From NCBI GenBank assembly GCA_963675595.2, contig CAXXLZ010000002.1, positions 768,001-832,000 of the forward strand: 64,000 bases of DNA, given 5' to 3'. Shown here in pieces: positions 17,989 to 27,630 of the stretch. The DNA is from Thermodesulfobacteriota bacterium. GTDB taxonomy: Bacteria; Desulfobacterota; Desulfarculia; JACQYL01. The notes beneath the pieces were generated by a model, which was not told the DNA's origin, ran no database searches, and saw nothing but the letters and a program-made list of their open reading frames with translations. A program made the translations under genes and the position numbers. Numbering within the stretch: the first letter of the stretch is position 1; each line of letters starts with the position of its first letter.

Positions 17989-18417
17989 TCAACTCCGGGC
18001 GTCGGACTCCAATTCGTGCACCGTGAATCCCTGCCGCATCAAGAGGGCGGCGGTCACGCCCACCGGTCGATCCGGATGTGCAACACTACCGCAGGAGGGG
18101 CTTCGGGATTTGAGGCGGCACTCGGTCACGCCGAACTTGCGGGCCAATTCCAGAGTCTTGTGAGCGCCGAGGAGAAACTCGGAGGTGACGTCCCGGCCCG
18201 AAGCGTCTACGAGCCGTGCTTTTCCGTCCAACACGGAAAAACCGTCGCCCTCCTGAAGGCGAGCCGGATGTCTGGGAATGGGGAGCCCTCCCAGAACTTC
18301 GGGGCAAACCGGAAGCACCCGTTCTCCGGCAAGCCCCCGGATGAGGGAAACATTGGGGACGCTGCCGCCGTCATAGCGGCAGGCAACGCCCAAAAGGCAT
18401 GAACTGACCAGAATCAT
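17989..18417 (-). CDS. DUF523 family protein (2-thiouracil desulfurase-like, Fe-S)
   Basis: ILVSSCLLGVACRYDG, PVCPEVLGGLPIPR, LKSRSPSCG. Confidence 0.9.
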   Translation of the reverse strand: MILVSSCLLGVACRYDGGSVPNVSLIRGLAGERVLPVCPEVLGGLPIPRHPARLQEGDGFSVLDGKARLVDASGRDVTSEFLLGAHKTLELARKFGVTECRLKSRSPSCGSVAHPDRPVGVTAALLMRQGFTVHELESDARS

Positions 18418-19461
18418 TCAGGACACGAGCCGGACGGCCTCGGCCCCTTCTTCACGTTTGGCAATGCTCCCGATAATAAACGCCTGCTCGTCCATGGCCT
18501 TGGCCCGGGCTACGACGTCTTCCACCTCTTCGTCGTGCACCACCAAAATCAACCCAAGTCCGTTGTTGAACGTGCTGAACATCTCGCTTTCCGAGACGCT
18601 CCCGCGTTCCTGAAGAAAAGGAAAGATCGGCGGAATGCTCCAGCTTTCCTGTTCGATGACGGCTTGGCAGCCTTTGGGCAGGATTCGCGGCAGGTTGCCG
18701 GTAATTCCTCCACCCGTGATATGGCTGATGCCGAGCAGCTTGAAATCTCGAGCAAGGTTCTGGACGAGTTCCGAATAGATCTTGGTGGGGCGAAGCAGTT
18801 CCTCGCCGATGGTCGTCTTGAGCTGTTCCACATAGGTATCGGGTCCCATGGCGAGTTCCTCGAAAATGATCTTTCGCACCAAGGAATACCCGTTACTGTG
18901 AAGGCCGCTGCTCCGAATACCGACCAGCTTGTTCCCCACGCCGATCTCGGAACCGTCGATGATCTTATCGTTGTCCACGATGCCCACCACAAACCCGGCG
19001 AGGTCGTATTCTCCGTCCGGGTAGAATCCCGGCATTTCCGCGGTTTCACCGCCGATCAGAGCGCAACCCGCCTGCTTGCATCCCTCCGTGATTCCCTCAA
19101 TGATCTCCGTGGCCAGGAGAGAATCCAGTTTCCCCATAGCCAGATAATCCAGGAAAAACAGAGGCTTGGCACCATGTACCAGGATGTCGTTCACGCACAT
19201 GGCCACCAGGTCCAGCCCCACGGTATTGTGCCTGCCCACCATGCGGGCGATCTTGAGCTTAGTGCCCACGCCGTCCGTGGAGGCGACGGCCACCGGTTTT
19301 TCCATGCCCTCGACGGGCAGACTGAACAAGCCCGAAAATCCGCCGATATCCGTGATGACTCCAGGATGGTGAGTCTGTCGCACCAGAGGTTTGATCATTT
19401 CGATGAAGCGCTCACCCTCGGCGATATTCACGCCTGATTCCTTGTATCGTTCCGAACTCAT
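18418..19461 (-). CDS. purM: Phosphoribosylformylglycinamidine cyclo-ligase
   Basis: GGFSGLF, STDGVGTKL, DLVAMCVNDI, GGETAEMPG, SSGLHSNGYSLVR, HITGGG. Confidence 0.98.
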   Translation of the reverse strand: MSSERYKESGVNIAEGERFIEMIKPLVRQTHHPGVITDIGGFSGLFSLPVEGMEKPVAVASTDGVGTKLKIARMVGRHNTVGLDLVAMCVNDILVHGAKPLFFLDYLAMGKLDSLLATEIIEGITEGCKQAGCALIGGETAEMPGFYPDGEYDLAGFVVGIVDNDKIIDGSEIGVGNKLVGIRSSGLHSNGYSLVRKIIFEELAMGPDTYVEQLKTTIGEELLRPTKIYSELVQNLARDFKLLGISHITGGGITGNLPRILPKGCQAVIEQESWSIPPIFPFLQERGSVSESEMFSTFNNGLGLILVVHDEEVEDVVARAKAMDEQAFIIGSIAKREEGAEAVRLVS

Positions 19462-19490
19462 TGCAGCCCCCGAAAGAGAGTTGAGGCAGG

Positions 19491-19519
19491 ATTATGACGG
19501 GAACTCTTTTGTATGTCAA
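19491..19519 (-). promoter_or_regulatory. Sigma70 promoter for purM
   Basis: Minus strand TTGACA-N17-CATAAT. Confidence 0.7.
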
Positions 19520-19853
19520 TAAAGGACTCCGGCTTGTGCGAACGCACCCTGCAATAAAGGGTCAGGGCGGAGAGCGAACCCGGGAAACAAGCCTCGTGAA
19601 GCTCATGGGCGGGGCCGGATATTCACCATAATGTCCATAAAAAAATTGGTTGGACCGTCGATTGCACCATGGTATATATATCTTAACAGTGTTCGAATCG
19701 GTCGGTTTCCAAGCCCGGATTCGAGCCGTTGGATATTTCCAAATTCGGAGGTCCTGCAACCGAAGGATCGGATTGGCCCACGCAGGGAATTGAAGCGAGC
19801 GGGTCTCCCATACCGGCAAGATAGTACCGGACGACTCGAAGCGGGGCGTAGCC

Positions 19854-20462
19854 ATGCAGATCCATGATTTTCTACGAGGCCTGTTTTCCTCTTTTACTCA
19901 TTCCTCCGCCGGTCGAGGAGCCAAACGTCGCTCCCAGCCCGTAGACGGCGAGGAAGCGAGCGTCTCAGCGCACAAACTCTCCCTGGACTTCGCCTTTAGA
20001 GACTTGCGGCTGTCCCTTTCGAGGGCCGGTCTAAAGGCTTTCCTCAAGAGATCCGGAGACTCGGTCTCTGCGTCGGGGAAAAACGATTCCTTGCCCGCGC
20101 TTGAGATAAGTCCCGGGGCGACACCCGAGAATACCCTCCCTGCGGAGGACGCCCAATCCGCGTTCGATCGCCTGGCATCACGCTTCAACCGTCTCTATGG
20201 AGAAATACGGGACGTGCTCGGACGCCTCCAGCAGTTGGAGGAACGTCTGACCTCCTTGGCCCCTCGCGCCGCGTCCTCCGAAACCAAAGTTTTTCCGCGC
20301 CTTCAATCAGATCCCGCCGTTCTGATGGAAAGCACGCTGACCCCATCCACGTTCAGCTTCTTCGCAAACAGGACGAACGAGTCCGACTGGGCTCTTCCAC
20401 GATACGCCCCGCTCGAGGAGGAAGAGAGATACTCGGCGCCCCGGTTTCACCGAGTGGCCTGA
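19854..20462 (+). CDS. Hypothetical protein with a short coiled coil
   Basis: 202-aa ORF divergent from purM; heptad-like segment AFDRLASRFNRLYGEIRDVLGRLQQLEERL; no family recognised. Confidence 0.5.
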   Translation: MQIHDFLRGLFSSFTHSSAGRGAKRRSQPVDGEEASVSAHKLSLDFAFRDLRLSLSRAGLKAFLKRSGDSVSASGKNDSLPALEISPGATPENTLPAEDAQSAFDRLASRFNRLYGEIRDVLGRLQQLEERLTSLAPRAASSETKVFPRLQSDPAVLMESTLTPSTFSFFANRTNESDWALPRYAPLEEEERYSAPRFHRVA

Positions 20463-20623
20463 GCCTCTTACCATCTCCGGCAAGCCGCCGGAGAATTGCG
20501 CCCCACTTTCTCTCCCGACCAGCCTTGCCGGCGGCGGGTGCTCCTCTCCATTCGGAACGAATCGTCTCTTCCCAAGCGTTCAATGAAAGCCTTCAGCTCG
20601 GCGTCCAACGTCCGGACGAGGCT

Positions 20624-21721
20624 TCAGAAATAAAGATGCACGCCTAAACCGGCGAATTCGATGCCGCTTTCATAGAACTGGCCGTTGGGGGATTTCCCTT
20701 TGTAGTACTTGAGCAGGAGCATAAGCTTTCGACTCAGAAAGTCGGGGTTCTCGAACTGAATCCCGGCCGACGCCGAAAGGTCCGTGTTCCAGTCGCTTTC
20801 CTGGTGGTTTTGCAGGTCCAGCGCCCCCACCGGACGCAACGCTCCTCCAAGCCATGTCTTCGGGCTGCGGTACTCCAGCCCGATCTGCGTCGACCAAGGT
20901 TCCAGATCCGAGGGGAATCTCCGGAACAGGTAGCCCGCCCCGCCGTAAAGCCGCAAGCCTCCGGGCAGATCGTAAGACAGCAGGTTGTCCAGGCTTTCAT
21001 AGCTCAGGTTGATGCGTTCGGTGCTATCGCCTCGCAGAAGAAATTCGTCTCCCAAATGGGAACTTTGATGGAAGATTCGGAGCATATTGGTGAAATCGCC
21101 CTTCTGAACGGTTATGGGAATGCCCACGAGATAGTCGGCATTGATCAAATCAAAGGATTCAGCATCCAAGTCGAAGATGGCGAATACGCCCGCCTGAATT
21201 CCAATCTCCATGATGGTTTCCCACGGTCCCTGGAACCGATAGATACTGAAGGATTCACCAAAACTCGTGTCCGCAACGTTCCGCAAGAGATCATCGTCCA
21301 CGTAGCGTTGATAGGAAATGGAAAAATGGGGCCAACGCGGGTCGGCGAGAAGCGGGTGAAACAGCGGCAATGTCGGCAGGAACATGGGAAGCTCTTCCAC
21401 GACTCTCGCAACGGTCGGCACGGCTTGCTCGAAAATCACGTCAACCTTTCCCGCGCCCACCACATCGAAAAGCATTTTGCGAATATCCGATTTTTCCGTT
21501 TCCGTTAAACGGGCTCCCTCGATATAAACGGTTCCGTCTTGAACCCGGATGTTTCCGACGGCCGAGGGAAAATGCTCCGCAATGACGGCCGTGGCATAAC
21601 CACGGATGAATTCATCATTCGATTGAGCCGCTTCCCCCGCCTGCAGCGAGACCAGGCACGCCATGGCAATAAAAAGCCGCAGAACTCTTTCGCTTTGTCC
21701 GTGCATGAAAGCTCCGTTCAT
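20624..21721 (-). CDS. DUF1207 family secreted / outer-membrane protein
   Basis: Signal peptide; PLLADPRWPHFS, FDLINADY, FHQSSHLGDEF, GKSPNGQF; terminal aromatic residue (HLYF). Confidence 0.8.
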   Translation of the reverse strand: MNGAFMHGQSERVLRLFIAMACLVSLQAGEAAQSNDEFIRGYATAVIAEHFPSAVGNIRVQDGTVYIEGARLTETEKSDIRKMLFDVVGAGKVDVIFEQAVPTVARVVEELPMFLPTLPLFHPLLADPRWPHFSISYQRYVDDDLLRNVADTSFGESFSIYRFQGPWETIMEIGIQAGVFAIFDLDAESFDLINADYLVGIPITVQKGDFTNMLRIFHQSSHLGDEFLLRGDSTERINLSYESLDNLLSYDLPGGLRLYGGAGYLFRRFPSDLEPWSTQIGLEYRSPKTWLGGALRPVGALDLQNHQESDWNTDLSASAGIQFENPDFLSRKLMLLLKYYKGKSPNGQFYESGIEFAGLGVHLYF

Positions 21722-22294
21722 TCCATCGCATCACATTTGAAACGACCGACCCGATGATCCAAATATCGAAAAGATGTTCGATCCATCCGGTCCGTCAGGC
21801 GCTCCCGCCGTTCTTCGACTTTGCCGCACACCACCGATCTTCGGCTTCCCTATCGCGATTTGGTGTCGTAAGTATGTCGAACACCGCCTTTTCCGCCTGA
21901 GGCACGTCGAACATTCACTCGAATCGAAGAGGATATTATCGCGGCCTCTCGCAAGAGAGAATGGGTTGGAGCCTCTATTTCACTTAAACGGCAGCGGCAC
22001 GGCCGACTGAATTCCAGCCCTGGAATTTTGGCGCGGCGCCTCCCCCCGCCCGCCCTATTCCCTGTGAAAGCCGGATGACCCCTGCAACTCTTCCCAACAG
22101 GTCTGTTGCGCAATAGGAGACTTTGCGCGGAAGTCCGGAGGAGAGGGAATCTGCGAAATGCAGAGGGAGGAGGCTTTGAGGCGTTGCTTTCGGGAAGGTC
22201 TCTGTGCAAGCGTTGGAAGCGCCTTGCGGAAGAGAGTCGGCGTTAGAAATCGGTGAGTGGGTGCGGTGGCATTCCGCCGATCAAATGTATGGAA

Positions 22295-22645
22295 TCACGC
22301 CACGATGTCCAGGAGAGTCCCCAGACGGTCGTCTTCGCTTCGAATAACGGTCACCGCGGCCTGAGTCATCTTCTCGGATACCAACATCCCGGTCATCTCT
22401 TCGACCAGGTTCACGTTGGATCCCTCGCCCAACGTTCCCGTGCCTTGTGTGGGGGGCAGAGGCACACCGGGCGTTTCCACACGGCTCACGGAAGGCCGAA
22501 CGCCGCCTCCGGGAGCTTCCTGAAAATCCACCCGGGATTTCTTGAAGCCTTCCGTTTGAAGGTTGGCCGTGTTATGCGCGGAAACGTTCCGCCTGACTTG
22601 TACGGCCTGTAGAAGAGAAAGCGAAGAAGAAATGCTCGATAACAT
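22295..22645 (-). CDS. Small flagellar basal-body rod-like protein (flg_bb_rod N-terminal plus Flg_bbr_C domains)
   Basis: VSAHNTANLQTEGFKKSRV and SNVNLVEEMTGML...LGTLLDIVA. Confidence 0.8.
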   Translation of the reverse strand: MLSSISSSLSLLQAVQVRRNVSAHNTANLQTEGFKKSRVDFQEAPGGGVRPSVSRVETPGVPLPPTQGTGTLGEGSNVNLVEEMTGMLVSEKMTQAAVTVIRSEDDRLGTLLDIVA

Positions 22646-22735
22646 GAGGCACTCCTCGTATCGTTACGTGTTACCACCACGAAGGAAGGTCGACTTTCGA
22701 AAACGGTGACCCCGGGAGCTTTGCATCCCGCTCCA

Positions 22736-23059
22736 TCAAGTGATGACGTCTACGCCGGAAGGCCCTTTCATTGACGGTGTTTCCATGGATGGAGCCGAAG
22801 GGCGAGGAGATTCCCCAGCGGGACTCGCGGGCTCGGCTTCGCTTCGGGTTTCCCGAGAATGAACCACTCCGGGCGTCCCTTCCTTGCGGATGTGGACCTT
22901 GACTCCGGAAGAAAGGGTACCCTCAAAGCTGGCTTTGGAATCTTGTTGGGTGCCTGGAGATGCGGCGGGTGACGCGCTCGCGGTGATTTCCACATCGCCC
23001 CCGAACGTCCAGAGATATCCCCAGAGAGCGACCAGGGCACCGGAGAGACTCGAAACCAT
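22736..23059 (-). CDS. Hypothetical protein, apparent divergent paralog of the downstream mini rod-like protein
   Basis: AGGAGGT RBS before ATG 23059; MVSSLSGALVAL / SKASF...SGVKVHIRKEGTPGV / VDVIT resemble MLSSISSSLSLL / SRVDF...GGVRPSVSRVETPGV / LDIVA. Confidence 0.55.
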   Translation of the reverse strand: MVSSLSGALVALWGYLWTFGGDVEITASASPAASPGTQQDSKASFEGTLSSGVKVHIRKEGTPGVVHSRETRSEAEPASPAGESPRPSAPSMETPSMKGPSGVDVIT

Positions 23060-23115
23060 GGCTACCTCCTTATACTGCATACATATTCAATGTATGACAT
23101 CATCCTCGCCTACAT

Positions 23116-23142
23116 ACATCGGTTTTGTCAACAAGAACTTGA
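23116..23142 (-). promoter_or_regulatory. Putative sigma28 promoter driving the two small genes
   Basis: Minus strand TCAA-N15-ACCGATGT. Confidence 0.65.
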
Positions 23143-23275
23143 GCCGCTCCTCCGAATCTCTTATGTTGCTTCAACCATGAGAACGGGTCCCAAGCCGCGC
23201 CCTGCGCCGGCCGACCCGCTCCCCAACTTTAACCGACGGACAAACCGGACACGACCGCATCCAGTGAGGAAGCCC

Positions 23276-24289
23276 TTGACCGATATTCATCTCCAACTCG
23301 AAGAAACCACGCGGCGAATCCTCGCCGGTGAACACTTGTCGCCGGACGATGCCGTGCGCCTGACGAACCTCCGGGAACCGACGGAAATCTTCCACCTCAT
23401 GGCCTGCGCCAACCGGGTACGCGGGGCCTTTCTGGGAGATCGAATCGAGTTCTGCGCCATCGTCAACGCCAAATCCGGCAGGTGCTCGGAAGACTGCTCC
23501 TTCTGCGCCCAGTCGTCCCACTACAACACATCGGCTCCCACGTACCCCCTGATGGACGTGGACGCTATGGTAGAGGCCGCCGTAAAAGCACGCGCAGCCG
23601 GAGCCCTTCGCTTCAGCATCGTCACCAGCGGAAAAGGCGTCATCCGTTCCCGAGACTTCGACACCATTCTCGAAGCCTTGTCCCGAATTCGCCAGGAAGG
23701 CCTTCTTTGCTGTGCCTCCTTGGGACTTCTGGACCGGGAGGCTGCTCGGGCTCTGAAGCAAGTGGGTGTATGCCGGTACCACCACAACTTGGAGACATCC
23801 GGAAGCTTCTTTCCCAACATCTGCACCACACACGATTACGAACAGCGAGTGAAGGTGCTGGACCTGTGTCGTGAGGAAGGCATCGAGGTCTGCAGCGGAG
23901 GCATCATCGGATTGGGAGAGAGTCCCGCGCAACGAGTCGAGCTCGCCGTCACACTTCTGGAACACGAGGTCGACTCCTTTCCGGTGAACATCCTTAATGC
24001 CATTGCCGGCACGCCCCTTGAGCATCAGGCTTCAATGCCTCCGCTGGAGATATTGAAGACGCTTTCCGTGTTCAGACTCCTCATGCCTCACACCGAAATC
24101 CGCACCTGCGGCGGCAGAGAAACCAACCTGAGGGGCCTTCAGCCACTCATGTTCACCGCGGGATGTAACGGCACCATGATCGGCAACTACCTCACCACTC
24201 AGGGACGGTCCCCCCAACATGATGTTCAGGATGTTCTCGACTTGGGACTGACGTTCAGGAACAAAGGTCGAGAGAGGGAAGGCTCCTGA
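23276..24289 (+). CDS. bioB: Biotin synthase (radical SAM); start estimated
   Basis: NAKSGRCSEDCSFCAQS (CxxxCxxC), YHHNLETS, CSGGIIGLGE, GNYLTT; TTG at 23276 after GAGGA. Confidence 0.95.
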   Translation: MTDIHLQLEETTRRILAGEHLSPDDAVRLTNLREPTEIFHLMACANRVRGAFLGDRIEFCAIVNAKSGRCSEDCSFCAQSSHYNTSAPTYPLMDVDAMVEAAVKARAAGALRFSIVTSGKGVIRSRDFDTILEALSRIRQEGLLCCASLGLLDREAARALKQVGVCRYHHNLETSGSFFPNICTTHDYEQRVKVLDLCREEGIEVCSGGIIGLGESPAQRVELAVTLLEHEVDSFPVNILNAIAGTPLEHQASMPPLEILKTLSVFRLLMPHTEIRTCGGRETNLRGLQPLMFTAGCNGTMIGNYLTTQGRSPQHDVQDVLDLGLTFRNKGREREGS

Positions 24290-24344
24290 GATTCGACTCA
24301 ATGCGAAGTACCTGCCGGCCGAGGAGAACATTTGCGAGCATTCA

Positions 24345-24376
24345 CGGGGGAAGACTTTCGAGAAAGTCTTCCCCCG
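24345..24376. repeat. Perfect 15-bp palindrome, REP-like
   Basis: CGGGGGAAGACTTTC-GA-GAAAGTCTTCCCCCG. Confidence 0.75.
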
Positions 24377-24745
24377 AACCCCCTGTCAAAGCTTCTCAAG
24401 CATACCTCACCGCCTCCGGCGGAGAGGCTGAGGGAAAAATGGATTTTCCGTCCGACTTCCAACGTTTCTTTACCTTTCCTGAATCGGATAGGGAGCTTCC
24501 GGCATCCAAGAAGCAGCGCTTTTCTTGAAAGGTCCGATGATTACGGACCCGTGATCGCGTACAAACATTTGATGACCGAGTCGGCGGCACTACCGCTGAT
24601 ACTTGGAAGCCGAGCCGATGGATTCCGGGTGCGAAAAGGCCTAAATCGAAGAGATTCGGCACGGGCTCGGCAACCGCAATGGACAAAGCCCTTGCAGCTT
24701 GGGGCCGCTACACGCCCAAAACGAAACATACGCATAGGAGATCCC

Positions 24746-24937
24746 ATGACGTTCCCTCTGCCGGAAGGAGATCTGGTTCGCAAGGCGTTCCTTTGGATCC
24801 ACGAGAAAAGGCAGGAAACACCTCGGCCTGCGCTGGTGGACCTGGTGGAAAGCGCCGGCAAGAAGTTCAATCTCTCGCCTAAAGAATGCGAGTACCTGTT
24901 CGACTTCTATTCCAAACCCGTGGAAGATGACTGCTGA
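24746..24937 (+). CDS. Small hypothetical protein (63 aa) of a type recalled from deltaproteobacteria
   Basis: AGGAG RBS; LPEGDLVRKAFLWIHE...LVESAGKKFNLSPKECEYL. Confidence 0.75.
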   Translation: MTFPLPEGDLVRKAFLWIHEKRQETPRPALVDLVESAGKKFNLSPKECEYLFDFYSKPVEDDC

Positions 24938-25037
24938 TTCCGGAGTGCAAGCCGTCCGCACCTATTCACGGGGTGTGCCGCAGAGGGACGCCGGCACGGG
25001 GGGCACAGGGGAGATGGTGGGCCTTCGGCCGACTATT

Positions 25038-25063
25038 GGGCAGGCACTATGGCCTGCCCCTAC
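25038..25063 (-). repeat. GTAG-type REP palindrome
   Basis: Minus strand GTAG-GGGCAGGC-CATAGT-GCCTGCCC. Confidence 0.65.
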
Positions 25064-25406
25064 AATAGACGAGTCCCCCCCGTGAATGATTACAGCCGTC
25101 CCTCACCGAAGGCGCCTTTCCAAAGGCACGCATTCGCGCGGAATCCGGGAAAACCTCTTGAGTAAGGTTTTCCCGAACCCTTCCCCTCCTTGTTGAGCGG
25201 GTTGCTCGCTCCGCGTCGCAATCGGGATTGAGAGCCCTCTCTGAACAGCCGACCGCATCCCCGAAAACCCGGAATTCCAGGCGAGGGGGGCGTTGCACCT
25301 CGAATGCCCTGAGGGCGATAAGCTCTGCCTGAAGGGTTTTCAGGTAGCCCTCGTGGTTCGAAGTGTCAAGCCCCCAGTTTTTGGTCCAGGAGTTATGAGA
25401 GTTTTA

Positions 25407-26315
25407 TCATGACTCGCGGTTTTCCATCCCCGGCCCTTGGGGCCTCGGCGAAGCCGAGCTGAGCGAGGCGGAGTCGAGGCCCCAAGGGCTCGCCGCGAAC
25501 TGGGCCGGGGTCATGTAATTCAATGCACTGTGCGGTCTTTCCTCGTTATAGGCTTTCCGCCATTTGGCGGCCAGAGTCTGCGCTTCCTTGATGTTGTTGA
25601 AAATTTCCATGTTCAAGAATTCATCCCGAAAACGGCTGTTGAAACTTTCCACGTACCCGTTCTGCCAAGGGGCTCCCGGCTCGACGAAAAGGGTTCCCAC
25701 TCCCAGGTCTTTCAGCCAGTTTCTCACCTTTTGGGCTATAAATTCGGGACCGTTATCCGATCGAATGCCCGTTGGAACTCCCCGCTCGCCCATCAATCGG
25801 CTCAGCTCGTTCAAAACGTCTTCACCCGTAATGGAGCGGTTGATCCTCAGGGCCAGGTTTTCCCGAGTAAACTCGTCGACAATGGCCAAGCACTTGAACT
25901 GACGGCCGTCGACCAAGCGGTCATGAATGAAATCCAACGTCCAGACATCATTTGCAAAAGCCGCCTTACGCTTGTTGCACGCATTGGCATCAACTCCCAG
26001 GAAGCGTTTCTTCTTGGCTTTTCGAGGTACCTTGAATCCTTCCTCTTTCCAAAGTCTATGAATTCGCTTGTAGTTTACCGCCCACCCCGCATCACGCAGC
26101 AGCCGAGTGATCCTACGGCATCCAAAACGGGGATGTTCTCCAACCAACCGGTGAAGAGCCTTGATCAGTTCCACCTCATCGTCCCGTTCCTTCGGCTCAT
26201 AACGTTGGGTGGATCGGTGTTGACCGGCTACGCGGCAGGCCCGACGCTCTGAAGCGGCATGTTCACTTCGAACATAATCAACCGCTTTCCTACGACGCGC
26301 CGGGCTTAGAAGTTT
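25407..26315 (-). CDS. IS3 transposase OrfB (DDE), expressed by -1 frameshift
   Basis: -1 frame reads KLLSPARRRKAV...; WTLDF, IVDEFTRE, RSDNGPEF, QNGYVESFN, YNEERPHSAL. Confidence 0.92.
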   Translation of the reverse strand, partial: KLLSPARRRKAVDYVRSEHAASERRACRVAGQHRSTQRYEPKERDDEVELIKALHRLVGEHPRFGCRRITRLLRDAGWAVNYKRIHRLWKEEGFKVPRKAKKKRFLGVDANACNKRKAAFANDVWTLDFIHDRLVDGRQFKCLAIVDEFTRENLALRINRSITGEDVLNELSRLMGERGVPTGIRSDNGPEFIAQKVRNWLKDLGVGTLFVEPGAPWQNGYVESFNSRFRDEFLNMEIFNNIKEAQTLAAKWRKAYNEERPHSALNYMTPAQFAASPWGLDSASLSSASPRPQGPGMENRES

Positions 26316-26587
26316 CCCTCCGCAAGATCCTTCAGCATTGCCTTGTCCAACATCAGATCGGCGACCAGCTTTTTTAAGCGTGCATTTTCCTTTTCCAGTT
26401 CTTTTAGCCGTTTGGCCTCCTCAGCCTTCATCCCCCCATACTGGTTTCGCCACCGGTGGTACGTCGCCTCGCTCACCTCCAGCGATTGGCAAACCTGCGC
26501 TATCGTCTGCCCTGCCGTCAGACGACGGTCCGCGTCTTCAAGTTTCCGGATGATTTGCTCCGCGCTGTGTCTCTTTCTCTTGGCCAT
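26306..26587 (-). CDS. IS3 transposase OrfA (HTH)
   Basis: KRHSAEQIIRKL...VSEATYHRWRNQYGGM...LKELEKENARLKKLVAD. Confidence 0.92.
   Translation of the reverse strand: MAKRKRHSAEQIIRKLEDADRRLTAGQTIAQVCQSLEVSEATYHRWRNQYGGMKAEEAKRLKELEKENARLKKLVADLMLDKAMLKDLAEGNF
26312..26318 (-). other. Programmed -1 ribosomal frameshift site
   Basis: G-GGA-AAC slippery heptamer at the orfA 3' end; orfB is in the -1 frame. Confidence 0.8.
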
Positions 26588-26661
26588 GCAAAAAGTCTCC
26601 TTCCGTTCTTTGGGCATTCAGACTCTCATTATACATGGACCAATTATCGGGGGGCATTCCA

Positions 26662-26846
26662 ATACCGTTCATCCCAGGCATGGCATAATCCGTCAGAATC
26701 AAGTTAACTTTTTTTGTATCGGATTGAATAATCTTTAGACCGTCCTCGGCGGAAAAAGACTCAAGCACATTATAACCAAGACTCCTCAGTCCTCTTTTCA
26801 GCGACTTGACCTGTACAACCTCATCATCAATAACTAGTATGTTCAT
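26662..26846 (-). pseudogene. Response-regulator receiver domain truncated by IS3
   Basis: MNILVIDDE...LILTDYAMPGMNGI, then runs into the IS end; lower GC than the flanks. Confidence 0.85.
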
Positions 26847-26922
26847 ATTCGGCGGTCTCCCTCTAAAAATTCAGTTGGAACTTCCCTGAAGTGTTTAGAG
26901 CCTGGGTAGCTGCTTCGATAGA

Positions 26923-26938
26923 AGCAAGGAGCTTGCCG
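26923..26938 (-). promoter_or_regulatory. Putative sigma54 promoter of the truncated regulator
   Basis: Minus strand CGGCAAGCTCCTTGCT (GG-N10-GC). Confidence 0.5.
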
Positions 26939-27630
26939 ACCGGCGTTTTTCTCGCAAGAAAGAGCCGATAGCTCGTAATTTGGAATAGTTACATTAGGCC
27001 AAAATCCTGTGCAGAAGAATTATCGGGAGTTATTGGGGATTATTGGACGATACCCAAGGGGGGGTCATTTATTGCATCTTTCGGTGAAATATAGTGAATA
27101 TTCAAAGGGATATGGCGGGGGTGCAGTTTTTGACCGGGTAATGAAGCCGACCCCTGAAACCGGTCCGCAAACCCGTCCGCTACGGCACGAGTTTGAACGA
27201 GTCGGCGGAAATAAGAAAACGTATCCATTCAGGGGGTATCCGGGACGACCTTATGAAGAAGGTGTTCCCGGCCCCTTGCCCAAACACTTTGAGCGGGTCG
27301 CTCGCTTGCGCGTCGCAACCGAGATTGGGCGTTCTCACTGAATAGGGTACCGGGTCCGTGATAAAAGGAGCCTCTCCACAGACGGCGGCGAGGCCTGCTT
27401 GAAATGTCCAAAGAGGGGTCACTGGGAGAACTTTTTCATAAGCTTCCCCAGTGAATGCCTACAAGAAAACAAGTGGTAACGAACGCGGAGTGTTTTCACA
27501 GGGCCGCCGACAACGCGCCTCGTACGCTCATCGGCGTCGATTCAGCCGGCCGCGGGTTTCCGGTTGGACTGCGGTTGGAAGTATTGCTCCAGAGAATCAC
27601 CGGGGAACACATGCTCCCCCGAGCCCTCTT

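Larger units (their letters stand above)
25364..26661 (-). mobile_element. IS3-family insertion sequence, 1298 bp
   Basis: Imperfect terminal IRs of about 40 bp (TGTCAAGCCCCCAG..TTGGTCCAG..ATGAGAGT and TGGAATGCCCCCCG..TTGGTCCAT..ATGAGAGT) with TG...CA ends; orfA plus orfB. Confidence 0.93.

Noticed and set aside
23125-23132. TTGTCAAC as a BirA operator upstream of bioB
   Set aside because: Only one half-site; it lies in the spacer of the opposite-strand sigma28-like promoter.
27009-27341. 110-aa ORF beside the truncated regulator
   Set aside because: No recognisable motif or RBS, and it spans a composition boundary.
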